Positions 37,539 through 46,626 of a DNA stretch of 64,000 nucleotides are shown here, one piece after another. The stretch is from an uncultured Clostridia bacterium. GTDB taxonomy: Bacteria > Bacillota > Clostridia > Christensenellales > QALW01. The first letter of the stretch is position 1. Every line of letters begins with the position of its first letter. Location: contig CAUDEY010000009.1 in the NCBI GenBank assembly GCA_958448705.1, forward strand, positions 3,010-67,009, given 5' to 3'. Under the pieces are notes generated by a model. It was given only the letters and a program-made list of their open reading frames with translations. It was not told the DNA's origin and made no database searches. Position numbers and translations under genes: made by a program.

Positions 37539-39041
37539 ATGAAAAAAACGTGCATACTATTGATTGCAGCCTGTATATTGTTTTGCGCGTGCGCCGCGGG
37601 GCCGTCGGGCGGAGGGGCTCCCGGGCCGACTGCGGAAGTTCCCTTTGTAAGCGAAACCTATGCTATTTTTCCCTTTTACTGTATTGGGGTGGATGATCAG
37701 TTGTGGCGGGTGCAGAGCAACGGCTCCCTTTGCAGCCATATTCAGGTAAATTATTCTCTGCAGGGGCAGGAGAGAAACTATGTATATCCTGTTCCGGGGA
37801 CGAATACCGTTTTATATGCTACGAATCTTACCTTGGAAAACGGAATAGTGCTTTGTAGTTTGGGTTTATGGAATGCTCCGGAGGCGGCTCGGACTTTGGC
37901 GGAGAATGTTCGGTTTGACAGCCTCTGCGCCAATGAGGACGGATCGGTTTTGTTTATTGACAAGGAAAATACGCTTTATCTGTATCAGGATGGCATGGCC
38001 GGTAAAATAGAGGAAAACGTTGCGCAGGCGGTCTTTGTCGGTGAGGAGACCTTTTTGTACCGCTTGGCTCAAGGAGAGTATATCGGCGGGGAATTCAGCT
38101 ATCCTGTCTATTGGGCCACTGCGGATTACCGAAATTATTTGATGGATGCGCTGGATATTGCTGCGGTGGACAGCAGCAGCGGCCGGGCTTTTTTGATTAA
38201 AAACCGGCATACGGTTCAGAAGCGCGCGGCTACGGCAGAAGTGGCGGAATGTTTTGTGTATGCCGACGGCGAAATTCTTTTCAGTATTCCTTCGGTTCTG
38301 CTTTCCCAGTTTGCCGAAGATACCGGCCATATGGTCTTGTTTTCCTGTGATGAGGCAAAAACCACGCTGCAGTATAATCTTTTTCGCATTAACGGCGATG
38401 AACCGGTGCTGATCGCTTCAGCAGTGCTTTCGGGAAGATATGTTTCCAGTGACCGCACGGCTTTTGTATATGAAACCGCTCAGGAGGATATTATAAAAAC
38501 AAATCTTCTTACTGCTGATCACAAGGTAATACAGTTGCCTTCCGGCGGAGCGGTTTCTAATGTATTTTTCTGCGCACCGTATCTGTATCTGCTTACCGGC
38601 GGAACGCTCTCGGTTATGGATGTGGAGACCGGCGGAGCTTTTGAAGAGCTGGCCGGCGGACTTTCTGCGGCGCGGCTGAGCGGAACTTCCCTAATTTGCT
38701 TTCAGGGCAGTCGGGCGCCGTACAGCGTATCGGTCTGCAGTGGCAGGGAAATTACGCCGCTTACCTCCAGCGCTGCGAACGATACGTTTTTTTATGAAGA
38801 CGGATATCTGTATTATTATACCGGTGAGGGCAACTTTTATAATATTTCCATGGCTGCTCCTGACGGAAAGGAGATTGCCTATATCAGTAATATTGATACA
38901 CAGATTGGTTTTATCGCCGGCGATACGTTTGTAGCGGCTGCCAAGCGGGATGATAAAAGCCTGTATGTAGCGCATTTGGACGGGTTTATGGATACTAAGA
39001 TCAAAATCAAAAAAATTATTTTCGATAGGGAGGTCAGATAA
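37539..39041 (+). CDS. hypothetical lipoprotein (repeat/beta-propeller-like)
   Basis: ATG at 37539 follows an AAGGAGG RBS. The signal peptide MKKTCILLIAACILFCACA has a lipobox-like Cys. There is no catalytic motif. Confidence 0.55.
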   Translation: MKKTCILLIAACILFCACAAGPSGGGAPGPTAEVPFVSETYAIFPFYCIGVDDQLWRVQSNGSLCSHIQVNYSLQGQERNYVYPVPGTNTVLYATNLTLENGIVLCSLGLWNAPEAARTLAENVRFDSLCANEDGSVLFIDKENTLYLYQDGMAGKIEENVAQAVFVGEETFLYRLAQGEYIGGEFSYPVYWATADYRNYLMDALDIAAVDSSSGRAFLIKNRHTVQKRAATAEVAECFVYADGEILFSIPSVLLSQFAEDTGHMVLFSCDEAKTTLQYNLFRINGDEPVLIASAVLSGRYVSSDRTAFVYETAQEDIIKTNLLTADHKVIQLPSGGAVSNVFFCAPYLYLLTGGTLSVMDVETGGAFEELAGGLSAARLSGTSLICFQGSRAPYSVSVCSGREITPLTSSAANDTFFYEDGYLYYYTGEGNFYNISMAAPDGKEIAYISNIDTQIGFIAGDTFVAAAKRDDKSLYVAHLDGFMDTKIKIKKIIFDREVR

Positions 39042-39545
39042 ATGGAATTTCTTCTTTCGATTCCTTTGGTTGTTGTGATTATTGCCCTGTTTGCAGGCAC
39101 GGCGCTTCTGCTGCTGGAATGCTTTGTTCCCGGGGTAGGAATTCCGGGGATCACCGGCGGTATTCTGGTATTGTTTGCCATTGTTGCCCTGGTGCCGCAT
39201 ATTGGCTGGTATGTAGTGCTGATTGCGCTGGCAGTAGTGCTGTTAATCATTCTGGCAGTATCCGCCTTTGCCAAAAGTGCGGGCAGAGGACAGAATCCCT
39301 TGGTGCTGGATGCAAGGACGGACCGGGATTCTGGTTTTTCCGCTAACAACGATTGCCGCGGTTTGATCAATAAAGAGGGAATTTCCGTAACGCAGCTGCG
39401 TCCGGCGGGAATTGCTTTGATCGACGGTAACCGTGTGGATGTTGTGACCGACGGCGAGTTTATCGAAGTCAACGTTCCGGTAAAGGTCGTTGATATTGAG
39501 GGACGCCGTATTATTGTAAAAAAAATTGAGGGAGGTAACAAATAA
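39042..39545 (+). CDS. NfeD-family membrane protein (short form, no protease domain)
   Basis: N-terminal TM bundle (GVGIPGITGGILVLFAIVAL) plus a C-terminal OB-like domain (GISVTQLRPAGIALIDGNRVDVVTDGEFI). It lies immediately upstream of floA. Confidence 0.8.
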   Translation: MEFLLSIPLVVVIIALFAGTALLLLECFVPGVGIPGITGGILVLFAIVALVPHIGWYVVLIALAVVLLIILAVSAFAKSAGRGQNPLVLDARTDRDSGFSANNDCRGLINKEGISVTQLRPAGIALIDGNRVDVVTDGEFIEVNVPVKVVDIEGRRIIVKKIEGGNK

Positions 39546-40550
39546 ATGTTACAATTGCTTGCTGTTTCTTTTAATCCTATTGCAGCGGTTATCATTCTGG
39601 TAGTAGTTTTGATTCTGCTGATGCTGTTCTTCAGGCTTTTTCCTATCGGTATGTGGATGACGGCTTTGTTTTCCGGTGTAAGGGTAGGAATCTTTCAGCT
39701 GGCTACCATGCGCTTTCGCCGGGTGAATCCTGCAAGAATTGTGTATCCCATGATTCAGGCTACCAAGGCCGGGCTGGATCTGGACATGAGCAAGCTGGAA
39801 GCACATTTGCTGGCTAAGGGAAATGTTGAAAAAGTGGTCAATGCCCTGATCGCTGCCCAGCGTGCTGAGATTCCGCTGAATTTTGAGCGTGCCGCCGCTA
39901 TTGACCTGGCCGGCCGGGATGTATTGACGGCAGTGCAGATGAGCGTAAACCCTAAGGTCATCGAAACGCCGATTATTGCCGCTATCGCCAAAGACGGTAT
40001 TGAGCTGCGCGCCAAGGCCCGGGTTACGGTACGTGCCAATATTGACCGCCTGGTCGGCGGTGCCGGGGAGGAAACAATCATTGCCCGTGTAGGAGAAGGC
40101 ATTGTTACGACTGCCGGCAGTGCCGAAAGTCATAAAGCTGTTTTGGAAAATCCGGATTTGATTTCCCGTACCGTTTTAGGTAAGGGATTGGATGCGGGCA
40201 CTGCGTTTGAGATTCTTTCGATTGATATTGCCGACGTTGATGTTGGCCGCAACATCGGCGCTCAGCTGCAGATGGATCAGGCTGAGGCCGATAAAAAGAT
40301 TGCGCAGGCTAAGGCCGAGGAACGCAGGGCGATGGCCGTTGCACGGGAACAGGAAATGAAGGCGCAGGTGCAGGAGATGCGTGCCAAGGTAGTAGAAGCT
40401 GAGGCCGAGGTTCCCAAGGCGATGGCCTCTGCACTGAAAGAGGGAAAACTGGGCGTAATGGATTATTACCGTATGGAAAATATGCTGGCGGATACCCAGA
40501 TGCGCTCCTCCATTGCTGATGCCGGCGGCAATAAATCTAAGCCGGAATAA
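39546..40550 (+). CDS. floA: flotillin-like protein FloA (SPFH, YqfA family)
   Basis: The conserved FloA N-terminal block is [21 protein letters not shown]...[10 protein letters not shown]...[24 protein letters not shown]. The C-terminus is an Ala/Glu-rich coiled coil. Confidence 0.88.
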   Translation: MLQLLAVSFNPIAAVIILVVVLILLMLFFRLFPIGMWMTALFSGVRVGIFQLATMRFRRVNPARIVYPMIQATKAGLDLDMSKLEAHLLAKGNVEKVVNALIAAQRAEIPLNFERAAAIDLAGRDVLTAVQMSVNPKVIETPIIAAIAKDGIELRAKARVTVRANIDRLVGGAGEETIIARVGEGIVTTAGSAESHKAVLENPDLISRTVLGKGLDAGTAFEILSIDIADVDVGRNIGAQLQMDQAEADKKIAQAKAEERRAMAVAREQEMKAQVQEMRAKVVEAEAEVPKAMASALKEGKLGVMDYYRMENMLADTQMRSSIADAGGNKSKPE

Positions 40551-40556
40551 ACGCCT

Positions 40557-41039
40557 ATGCAACTGATTTTTATCATCTTTATTATTGTGGCCATTGTAGC
40601 TGCAGTAAATAAAAATAAAACGCCGAACAATCCCCGGCAGCCTGGATCCCGGCCGGTATCCCCGCAGCAGGGTCCCGGAAATATTCCGGGGAACGGGCAG
40701 CCCAATGTCCGTCCTAATCCGCCGCAGACAGGAAGACCTCCTCGGCCGAATACCGGTGCGGCGACACAGCCAGCGCAGGGAATGGCTAAAACGCCGATGC
40801 AGGAGGAATATGAACGTTTTTTAAAGCGTCAGGCTGCACGGGAGGCACTCAGCCCGGAGGGGAAGCCCAGTACTGAGGGGGAATGTATAGAGCCGAATCC
40901 AAACCATTGCGCGGTGGTGCATCATGAAGATCCGGCCTATAGCCAGGAACAGAATGAGCTGATCGATGTGGATAAGCAGGAACTGATCAAAGGGATTTTG
41001 TGGAGCGAGATCTTGGGTAAACCCAAATGTATGCGCTGA
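40557..41039 (+). CDS. hypothetical membrane-anchored Pro/Gly/Asn-rich protein
   Basis: A single N-terminal TM segment (LIFIIFIIVAIVAAV) is followed by a low-complexity segment (PNNPRQPGSRPVSPQQGPGNIPGNGQPNVRPNPPQTGRPPRPNTG). The RBS is weak, and the coding call rests on operon position. Confidence 0.45.
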   Translation: MQLIFIIFIIVAIVAAVNKNKTPNNPRQPGSRPVSPQQGPGNIPGNGQPNVRPNPPQTGRPPRPNTGAATQPAQGMAKTPMQEEYERFLKRQAAREALSPEGKPSTEGECIEPNPNHCAVVHHEDPAYSQEQNELIDVDKQELIKGILWSEILGKPKCMR

Positions 41040-41044
41040 AGCAG

Positions 41045-41081
41045 AAGCCGCCGAAAGGAATTTCCTTTCGGCGGCTTTTTT
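41045..41081 (+). terminator. intrinsic terminator of the nfeD-floA operon
   Basis: AAGCCGCCGAAAGG-aatt-CCTTTCGGCGGCTT followed by TTTTT. Confidence 0.85.
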
Positions 41082-41322
41082 ATGGATGGAAAACCGGGAG
41101 ACAGCCGCGCGGAGGAAGCGGGCTTTAGCGATAAAAAGAAATACAAAGGAAGAAAGAAAAAATATGGCGAGCCTCCTCTTGGATCGGGAGGCGGCTTTTA
41201 CGGAGTAAAAAGCCGCAGGGAAAGAATGCAAAACTACGCCTCAGCCGGTTATCACCGGCGGCTTGTTTCCGGGTAGCCGTTGTATACGAAAAATCACAGG
41301 ACAGCCGGGAGAAAACGGGGAA

Positions 41323-42399
41323 TTAGTGTTTGTCTGCAGACGGCGGCGGGGAGGAGGATAAAAGCTGCAGGTAAAAACGGAACGCAGAAGGAACGGCATA
41401 TTCCCGCCGGATCTCATCCGCATTTTTCCACACAAAGCCGTCGGCTTCCTCTGGGCAGCAAACGGTATATCCGTGCATCTGCCATTCTGTGTGCGTAAAA
41501 ATATGCCGTGCATCACCGCAGGGAGTACAGGCGGCTGCGGAAATTCCCTTGGTCTGCAAGAGAGCAGTGACCTGCGCTGCCGTGAGCTTTCCGGGGAAAT
41601 TGGGAAATTCCCAAAGGCCGGCAAGCAGACCCTTTTCCGGACGGCGGCATAAGGCGTAGTTCTTTCCGCAGGAAAGCAGCAGTATGGTACGGTCTTCCGC
41701 ATGTCTTTTCTTTTTTTCGGCTTTTACCGGATACTGCGCGGCAGTGTTGTTTTTTTGCGCCAGACAGAGCTGCTTCAGCGGGCATTCCCCGCATTTTGGG
41801 GTTCCGTTTGGCAGGCAAAGGACTTCGCCTAATTCCATCAGCCCTTGGGTGAGCGCCGCGGCATCTTCCCCTGAGGGATAGACGCGCTGCAGCATTCGTG
41901 TAAAGACGGGTTTGGCTTTTTGCGGCGTGTCTTTATATGCATTCAGGCGGGCCAGTACACGGATTACATTGCCGTCAACGGCGGGAGCAGGCTGCCCGAA
42001 GGCGATTGATGCGATGGCACCGGCGGTATAATCGCCGATTCCCGGCAAGCGGCGCAGTTCCTCTGCATGTTGCGGAAAGTGGCCGTTATAAAGCGCGGCG
42101 ATTTGCTGCGCCGCTTTTTTCAAATTTCGCGCTCGGCTGTAATAGCCGAGTCCTTGCCAAAGCTTCATCAGCCGGTCTTCTTCCGCGGCAGCAAGTGCGT
42201 CTACCGTAGGAAATGCATCTAAGAAACGCTGATAATATGGAATAACTGCCTCAATACGCGTCTGCTGAAGCATGATCTCCGAAAGCCAAATGTGATACGG
42301 CTCATTATCCTGCCGCCAGGGCAGAGCTCTTTTGTTTTTTTTGTACCAGCAGATAAGCAGCGGTACGGCCTTGTGCAAAAGTGCAATATCTTCTTTCAA
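41323..42399 (-). CDS. mutY: A/G-specific adenine DNA glycosylase
   Basis: LPWR...PY.IWLSEIMLQQTR, GLGYYSRARNL, GIGDYTAGAI, the 4Fe-4S Cys cluster (C..C....C.....C) and a C-terminal NUDIX-like domain. Confidence 0.9.
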   Translation of the reverse strand: MKEDIALLHKAVPLLICWYKKNKRALPWRQDNEPYHIWLSEIMLQQTRIEAVIPYYQRFLDAFPTVDALAAAEEDRLMKLWQGLGYYSRARNLKKAAQQIAALYNGHFPQHAEELRRLPGIGDYTAGAIASIAFGQPAPAVDGNVIRVLARLNAYKDTPQKAKPVFTRMLQRVYPSGEDAAALTQGLMELGEVLCLPNGTPKCGECPLKQLCLAQKNNTAAQYPVKAEKKKRHAEDRTILLLSCGKNYALCRRPEKGLLAGLWEFPNFPGKLTAAQVTALLQTKGISAAACTPCGDARHIFTHTEWQMHGYTVCCPEEADGFVWKNADEIRREYAVPSAFRFYLQLLSSSPPPSADKH

Positions 42400-42776
42400 A
42401 TGCGGCTCCTTTCTTTTTTATCAGAGATTGTAGGAACAGTGTATCATATTTTGATAAGAATGAAAAGTCCATGTTTTATGATAAGAAAATCTATTTCAAT
42501 AAAGCTAAAAATCAATTATGATAAAAATATAAAGGTTTCAAATTTCCCCTATACTGCCGTTATTTTATAAAAAATTTATTTTATTAACAACTATTGCGTT
42601 TTTGCAGCGGGTTTATTTTAGACAAAAACAGGTTTATTTTTAGCCTTTATCCTCTTTTTAAAAAACAGTATAATAAAAAAACAATTTCTTTTGTTCGCCG
42701 GCGGCAGGCAAAGTTATTGAAACCGAAATGTTTTGGCAGGTCAAAAATTTTTATTGGAATAAAAAGGAGAAGGAAA

Positions 42777-45263
42777 ATGAAAAAACGATTGCGGTTTGTC
42801 ACTACACTGGTCGCGGCGTCCCTGCTGGCGGGATTGTTTTGGACCGTTTCTTTTGCTCAAAGCAATAATTGGCTGCGTGCGGGCGATTCTGATTTTGAAA
42901 GCGGAAGTACGGCCTGGAAGGCCTTCGGTGCGGGAACAGCAGAGGTAACGGATAATCCTTCCGGCAGCGGAAAAGTGCTTAAATTTTCCGGTGCGGAGGG
43001 AAAATCGTGGGCGTCGGCGGCGCTGGATATTCGCGGTATCGTTCAGGCCAACGCTAAAAAGGCTTCAAAAATCAAAATAAGCATGGATATTTACACGCAG
43101 ACTCAACAGAATCCGTATCTTACAGTACGGACCCAGGACCAATCGCTTTCTATCGCTGCGGCGGCAGGAAATACCTATCCGCGCATCGGTACAGTGAAGA
43201 CGGTGCCGGAGGAATGGACCCGTTTAGAGGGGGAATTTACCGTAACCGACGCCGATTTGAAAAATACTGGAACCTGGACGCTTTGTTTGGATAATTTGGC
43301 TGCTTATGCGGATGTATATTACATCGATAACGTCACGATTACCGGAGAAGAGCTTCAAGACAATACGCAGAATCCCGGCGGAGATGCCGGCCAGGGGCAA
43401 AATTCCGGCGGAGATGTTTCCGCTGCCGGTGCAGCAACGGAAAATCTGCTGGAAAATCCAAGCTTTGCCGACGGCTTTGGCGATCCGTGGAAGAGCTACG
43501 GAAGTTCTTCCGTGATGGAAGCCGAGGAGGGCGCGCAGGATGATGACGGTATAGGGCTGCTGATTACCGACAGAACAAAAAATTTTTCGAGTATTATCTA
43601 TAACAACATCCACGAGATTGTTTATGAATACGGTCCCGGAAGATATCAGTTTTCTTGCTGGGCAAAGCTGGCCGATGCCTCTGCTGCCGCAGAAAGCCTG
43701 AACCTTGTAATTTATACCAAATATAAGGAACGTCCCGCTGAAGAAAAAGGAGATTATCATGTTGGAGGCGCTTCTATTAACGCAAATACCTGGACAAAAA
43801 TTACGTATACTTGGAATTTCCCCGATGTAAGTGATAATTTTTTAAATTCCTATCTGTATCTGATTATGGGAAATGAAATTTTTCACGATTTTTATGTGGA
43901 TAATTTTTCTATGGTAAAGCTGGATCCGGTTATTACACCGGAGCCGGTGGCGCCTCTTTCAACGGCAGTTCCCGAAAAAGAAGCGGCGCGGCCCGCTGCC
44001 CTGCAGATCGGCACGATCCGCTGGGATGCTTATACTCAATCTACCTATGACGGCACAGATCCGGCTTCTCAGGTAGCGCGTTGTCTTTCGCCGGCTCAAT
44101 ATCACTGGACAGCTCCGTTCTTTTCTCAGGTGGATGCACAGGGCCGGATTTCTTTTCCTGAATATACCACAGCGCTTTGGGAACAGGAAGCTCAATATGC
44201 GGCCGATGCGGGGCTGAACTATTTTGCCTATCTCTGGTATGAGAGCGACAGTGCCATGAGTCAGCCGCGAAAGGCACATTTGGCCAGTGAAAAAAAGAAT
44301 CTGATAAAAATGTGCGGTATCTTGGAAACGATCCGCGGAAAAGCCGCGATGCAGGAGCTCTATGCCGCAATGCAGGAGGACTGTTACCTGACTGTAGACG
44401 GTATGCCTGTGCTGTTTATCTATGACGGATTGGATTGGCTTGCCGAAGACCTTGAAACAATTCGGCGCCAGGCGGCTACGGCAGGTGTTGAAAATCCGCT
44501 TTACATGATTGCCATGGGCAGCGATTCTACAAAAATACAGGCGGCGTCTATCCGCGGCTATGACGCATTCTCCTGGTACGGTGTAGCCGCAACCAAGAGG
44601 GATATGAGCTATCAGGAGCTGACAGAGGCCGCAGATGCGCGTCTTGAAGCCTTTGCCAAGGCTGCCGTAGCCAGAGAGGCGCAGGGCTCTGTATATCAGA
44701 TTGTTCCTTCCTTTACGGCCGGAAGAGACGGCCGTTCACGGATTGAAACAGGCGTTTCCTGGGTGGAGGGGGACCCCAAGGATCCGAACAATCTGCCCTA
44801 CGGAGGCGCGTTTGCCGTTTCCGGTACAGCAGAGGAGATTGCCGCACACGCAGGCGAGTTCATGCAGTGGACGCTGGAAAATGAAAAGATCACACAGCCG
44901 AATCTTTTAATTTCTTATGGCTGGAATGAACATGATGAAGGCGGCTGGCTGTGTCCTACTTTGGCCTGTGATGAAGAGGGAAATGTGCTGAAGGATGAAA
45001 ACGGAAATAACCTAGTTAATACCGACCGTTTGGATGCACTGAAAAAGGAGATCGACGCTTTCCGTGCAAAGGAAAACGCGGCAGTAAAACCTACGGATAT
45101 CCTGAATAACCAAGGAGATATTTCCGGCATCCAATGGTGGATGATCGCTCTGCCGGCCGCAGGAATTGTTCTGGCAGGCGGTACGGCGGCGATTGTCATC
45201 ATAAAAAAGAAAAAAGGAGTCTCCGGCGCATCAGCCGATCCGCCGGCAAACAGCAATGAGTAA
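42777..45263 (+). CDS. cell-surface protein: signal peptide, two CBM4/9-like modules, an uncharacterised (beta/alpha)8-like catalytic-type domain and a C-terminal TM anchor
   Basis: ATG at 42777 follows an AAAGGAGAAGG RBS. The signal peptide is MKKRLRFVTTLVAASLLAGLFWTVSFA. Two NxL..(A/N)..FE.G...W-type CBM starts are present. The C-terminal ~400 aa are colinear with ORF 45256-46320, and the terminal TM segment is WWMIALPAAGIVLAGGTAAIVII-KKKK. Confidence 0.7.
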   Translation: MKKRLRFVTTLVAASLLAGLFWTVSFAQSNNWLRAGDSDFESGSTAWKAFGAGTAEVTDNPSGSGKVLKFSGAEGKSWASAALDIRGIVQANAKKASKIKISMDIYTQTQQNPYLTVRTQDQSLSIAAAAGNTYPRIGTVKTVPEEWTRLEGEFTVTDADLKNTGTWTLCLDNLAAYADVYYIDNVTITGEELQDNTQNPGGDAGQGQNSGGDVSAAGAATENLLENPSFADGFGDPWKSYGSSSVMEAEEGAQDDDGIGLLITDRTKNFSSIIYNNIHEIVYEYGPGRYQFSCWAKLADASAAAESLNLVIYTKYKERPAEEKGDYHVGGASINANTWTKITYTWNFPDVSDNFLNSYLYLIMGNEIFHDFYVDNFSMVKLDPVITPEPVAPLSTAVPEKEAARPAALQIGTIRWDAYTQSTYDGTDPASQVARCLSPAQYHWTAPFFSQVDAQGRISFPEYTTALWEQEAQYAADAGLNYFAYLWYESDSAMSQPRKAHLASEKKNLIKMCGILETIRGKAAMQELYAAMQEDCYLTVDGMPVLFIYDGLDWLAEDLETIRRQAATAGVENPLYMIAMGSDSTKIQAASIRGYDAFSWYGVAATKRDMSYQELTEAADARLEAFAKAAVAREAQGSVYQIVPSFTAGRDGRSRIETGVSWVEGDPKDPNNLPYGGAFAVSGTAEEIAAHAGEFMQWTLENEKITQPNLLISYGWNEHDEGGWLCPTLACDEEGNVLKDENGNNLVNTDRLDALKKEIDAFRAKENAAVKPTDILNNQGDISGIQWWMIALPAAGIVLAGGTAAIVIIKKKKGVSGASADPPANSNE

Positions 45264-46320
45264 AATGAAAATCGGCATCATTCGCTGGGATGCCTATTTT
45301 AAGACCGGCGAAAGCGATTCCTTTGTATCCGATCAGGTAGCGCGAGCGCTTTCGCCTGCTGAATATCATGACCGCGTGCCGTTTTTTGCCTCCATCCGTT
45401 CCGACGGGCGTGTGGAGTTCCCCGAATATACGCAGCAGATTTGGGAAAGGGAAACGGATTATGCGGTGGATGCCGGCTTTGACTATTACGCCTATTGCTG
45501 GTACCGTACAAAGGATCCTTTAAGCTTGGCTCGGCGGTTTCATGCGGCAAGCAAGAATCCGGGAAGGATTAAAATGGCTGCGATCTTAGGGGTCACAAAA
45601 GAGGACGAACAGACCATTGCCGATCTGTTTGCCTGTATGAAGCAGGATTACTATCTCAAGCTTGCCGACGGTACGCCTGTTGTGTTCGGCTACGGCGAGA
45701 CCGGCAACGGGATGGGCCCAGAACGGGCGGAGGAGATTCGGGCTGCGGCTGAAAAAGCAGGAATCCCCAGGCTGTACCTGGTAAAAATGGCTTCATTCGT
45801 CTATAATACTGAATGGCGCGCAAAGTTTACCGGCGGAAGCTATGATGCGGTTTCCTTTTACGGCCTGAGCGTGAATCAGCCGGATACGCCTTATCAAAAG
45901 CTGGCAGAAGAGGCGGAATTCCGCAATAAATATATGGCGTATTGTTATCAATATAACGATACCGGACTGCCGCTGATTCCTACGTTTACTGCCGGGCGGG
46001 ATCAGCGGCCGCGCATTGATAATCCGACTACCTGGGCGCACGACTATAAAGGGTATTCGCTGAAGGCGGAAGAGGATGAGATCGGCGCACATGTGTACCG
46101 GGTTTTGTGCTTTGCCCGGGAATATGCCGACTGCTGCCCCACAGGTCTTTGCCATGGCTATGCCTGGAATGAGCATGACGAGGGTGCAGGAATCTGCCCT
46201 ACGATAGAAGTAGATGAAAACGGATGGCCCTGCAGGGATGACGAGGGGAATCTTTGCATCAATACCCGGCAGCTGGAGGAAGTAAAACGGTATATTCAAA
46301 AATTTAAAAATGAAGATTGA
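45256..46320 (+). CDS. cytoplasmic paralog of the catalytic-type domain of 42777-45263 (uncharacterised family, WNEHDEG motif)
   Basis: It overlaps the upstream gene by 8 nt (ATGAGTAA). Shared blocks are IG.IRWDAY, QVAR.LSPA.YH...PFF, FPEYT...WE.E..YA.DAG, TAGRD.R.RI and WNEHDEG. Confidence 0.7.
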   Translation: MSKMKIGIIRWDAYFKTGESDSFVSDQVARALSPAEYHDRVPFFASIRSDGRVEFPEYTQQIWERETDYAVDAGFDYYAYCWYRTKDPLSLARRFHAASKNPGRIKMAAILGVTKEDEQTIADLFACMKQDYYLKLADGTPVVFGYGETGNGMGPERAEEIRAAAEKAGIPRLYLVKMASFVYNTEWRAKFTGGSYDAVSFYGLSVNQPDTPYQKLAEEAEFRNKYMAYCYQYNDTGLPLIPTFTAGRDQRPRIDNPTTWAHDYKGYSLKAEEDEIGAHVYRVLCFAREYADCCPTGLCHGYAWNEHDEGAGICPTIEVDENGWPCRDDEGNLCINTRQLEEVKRYIQKFKNED

Positions 46321-46327
46321 GCTATTT

Positions 46328-46353
46328 AAAACCGCGCTGAAATCAGCGCGGTT
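46328..46353 (+). terminator. terminator hairpin after 45256-46320
   Basis: AAACCGCGCTG-aaat-CAGCGCGGTTT. The U-tract is weak. Confidence 0.55.
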
Positions 46354-46385
46354 TATATGTTGCATTCAGCTAAAGTATAGGGGGA

Positions 46386-46414
46386 ACTGCCGGCGCCTTC
46401 GTCAGAGGGATCCG
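46386..46414 (+). repeat. solo degenerate A-module remnant of the palindromic repeat family
   Basis: ACTGCCGGCGCCTTCGTCAGAGGGATCC compared with GCTCGGCAGCTCCCTCGTCAGAGGGAGCC. Confidence 0.5.
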
Positions 46415-46626
46415 AAAAGCAGAGAAGACAATTGAATTTTTTATGGATATATAGGCAGCCTGCTTTTTAAAAGATACAATACTGCAGTCTGTTCTGATAA
46501 AACAAGTCTTTTCTTGAAGAAGACGGTACTGCATTTAGGCAGAGGGAGAGCAGCTATATTGTTTTTTTCTGCGCTGCTGTTCGAAAGCAGGTTACAACCT
46601 TGCTGTAGGGGCTTCTCCTGTGCTTT

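Noticed and set aside
41082-41322. ORF 41082-41276 and the hairpin GCCTCC-N10-GGAGGC, considered as a gene or as a copy of the repeat family
   Set aside because: The ORF is Lys/Gly/Arg-rich and has no RBS. The hairpin is more simply the mutY terminator, and its similarity to the repeat family is limited to being GC-rich.
42594-42776. ORF-track start at 42594 for the surface protein (61 extra N-terminal residues)
   Set aside because: The upstream part is AT-rich promoter-like DNA that translates to Lys/Phe/Ile-rich sequence. A strong RBS and a canonical signal peptide begin at 42777.
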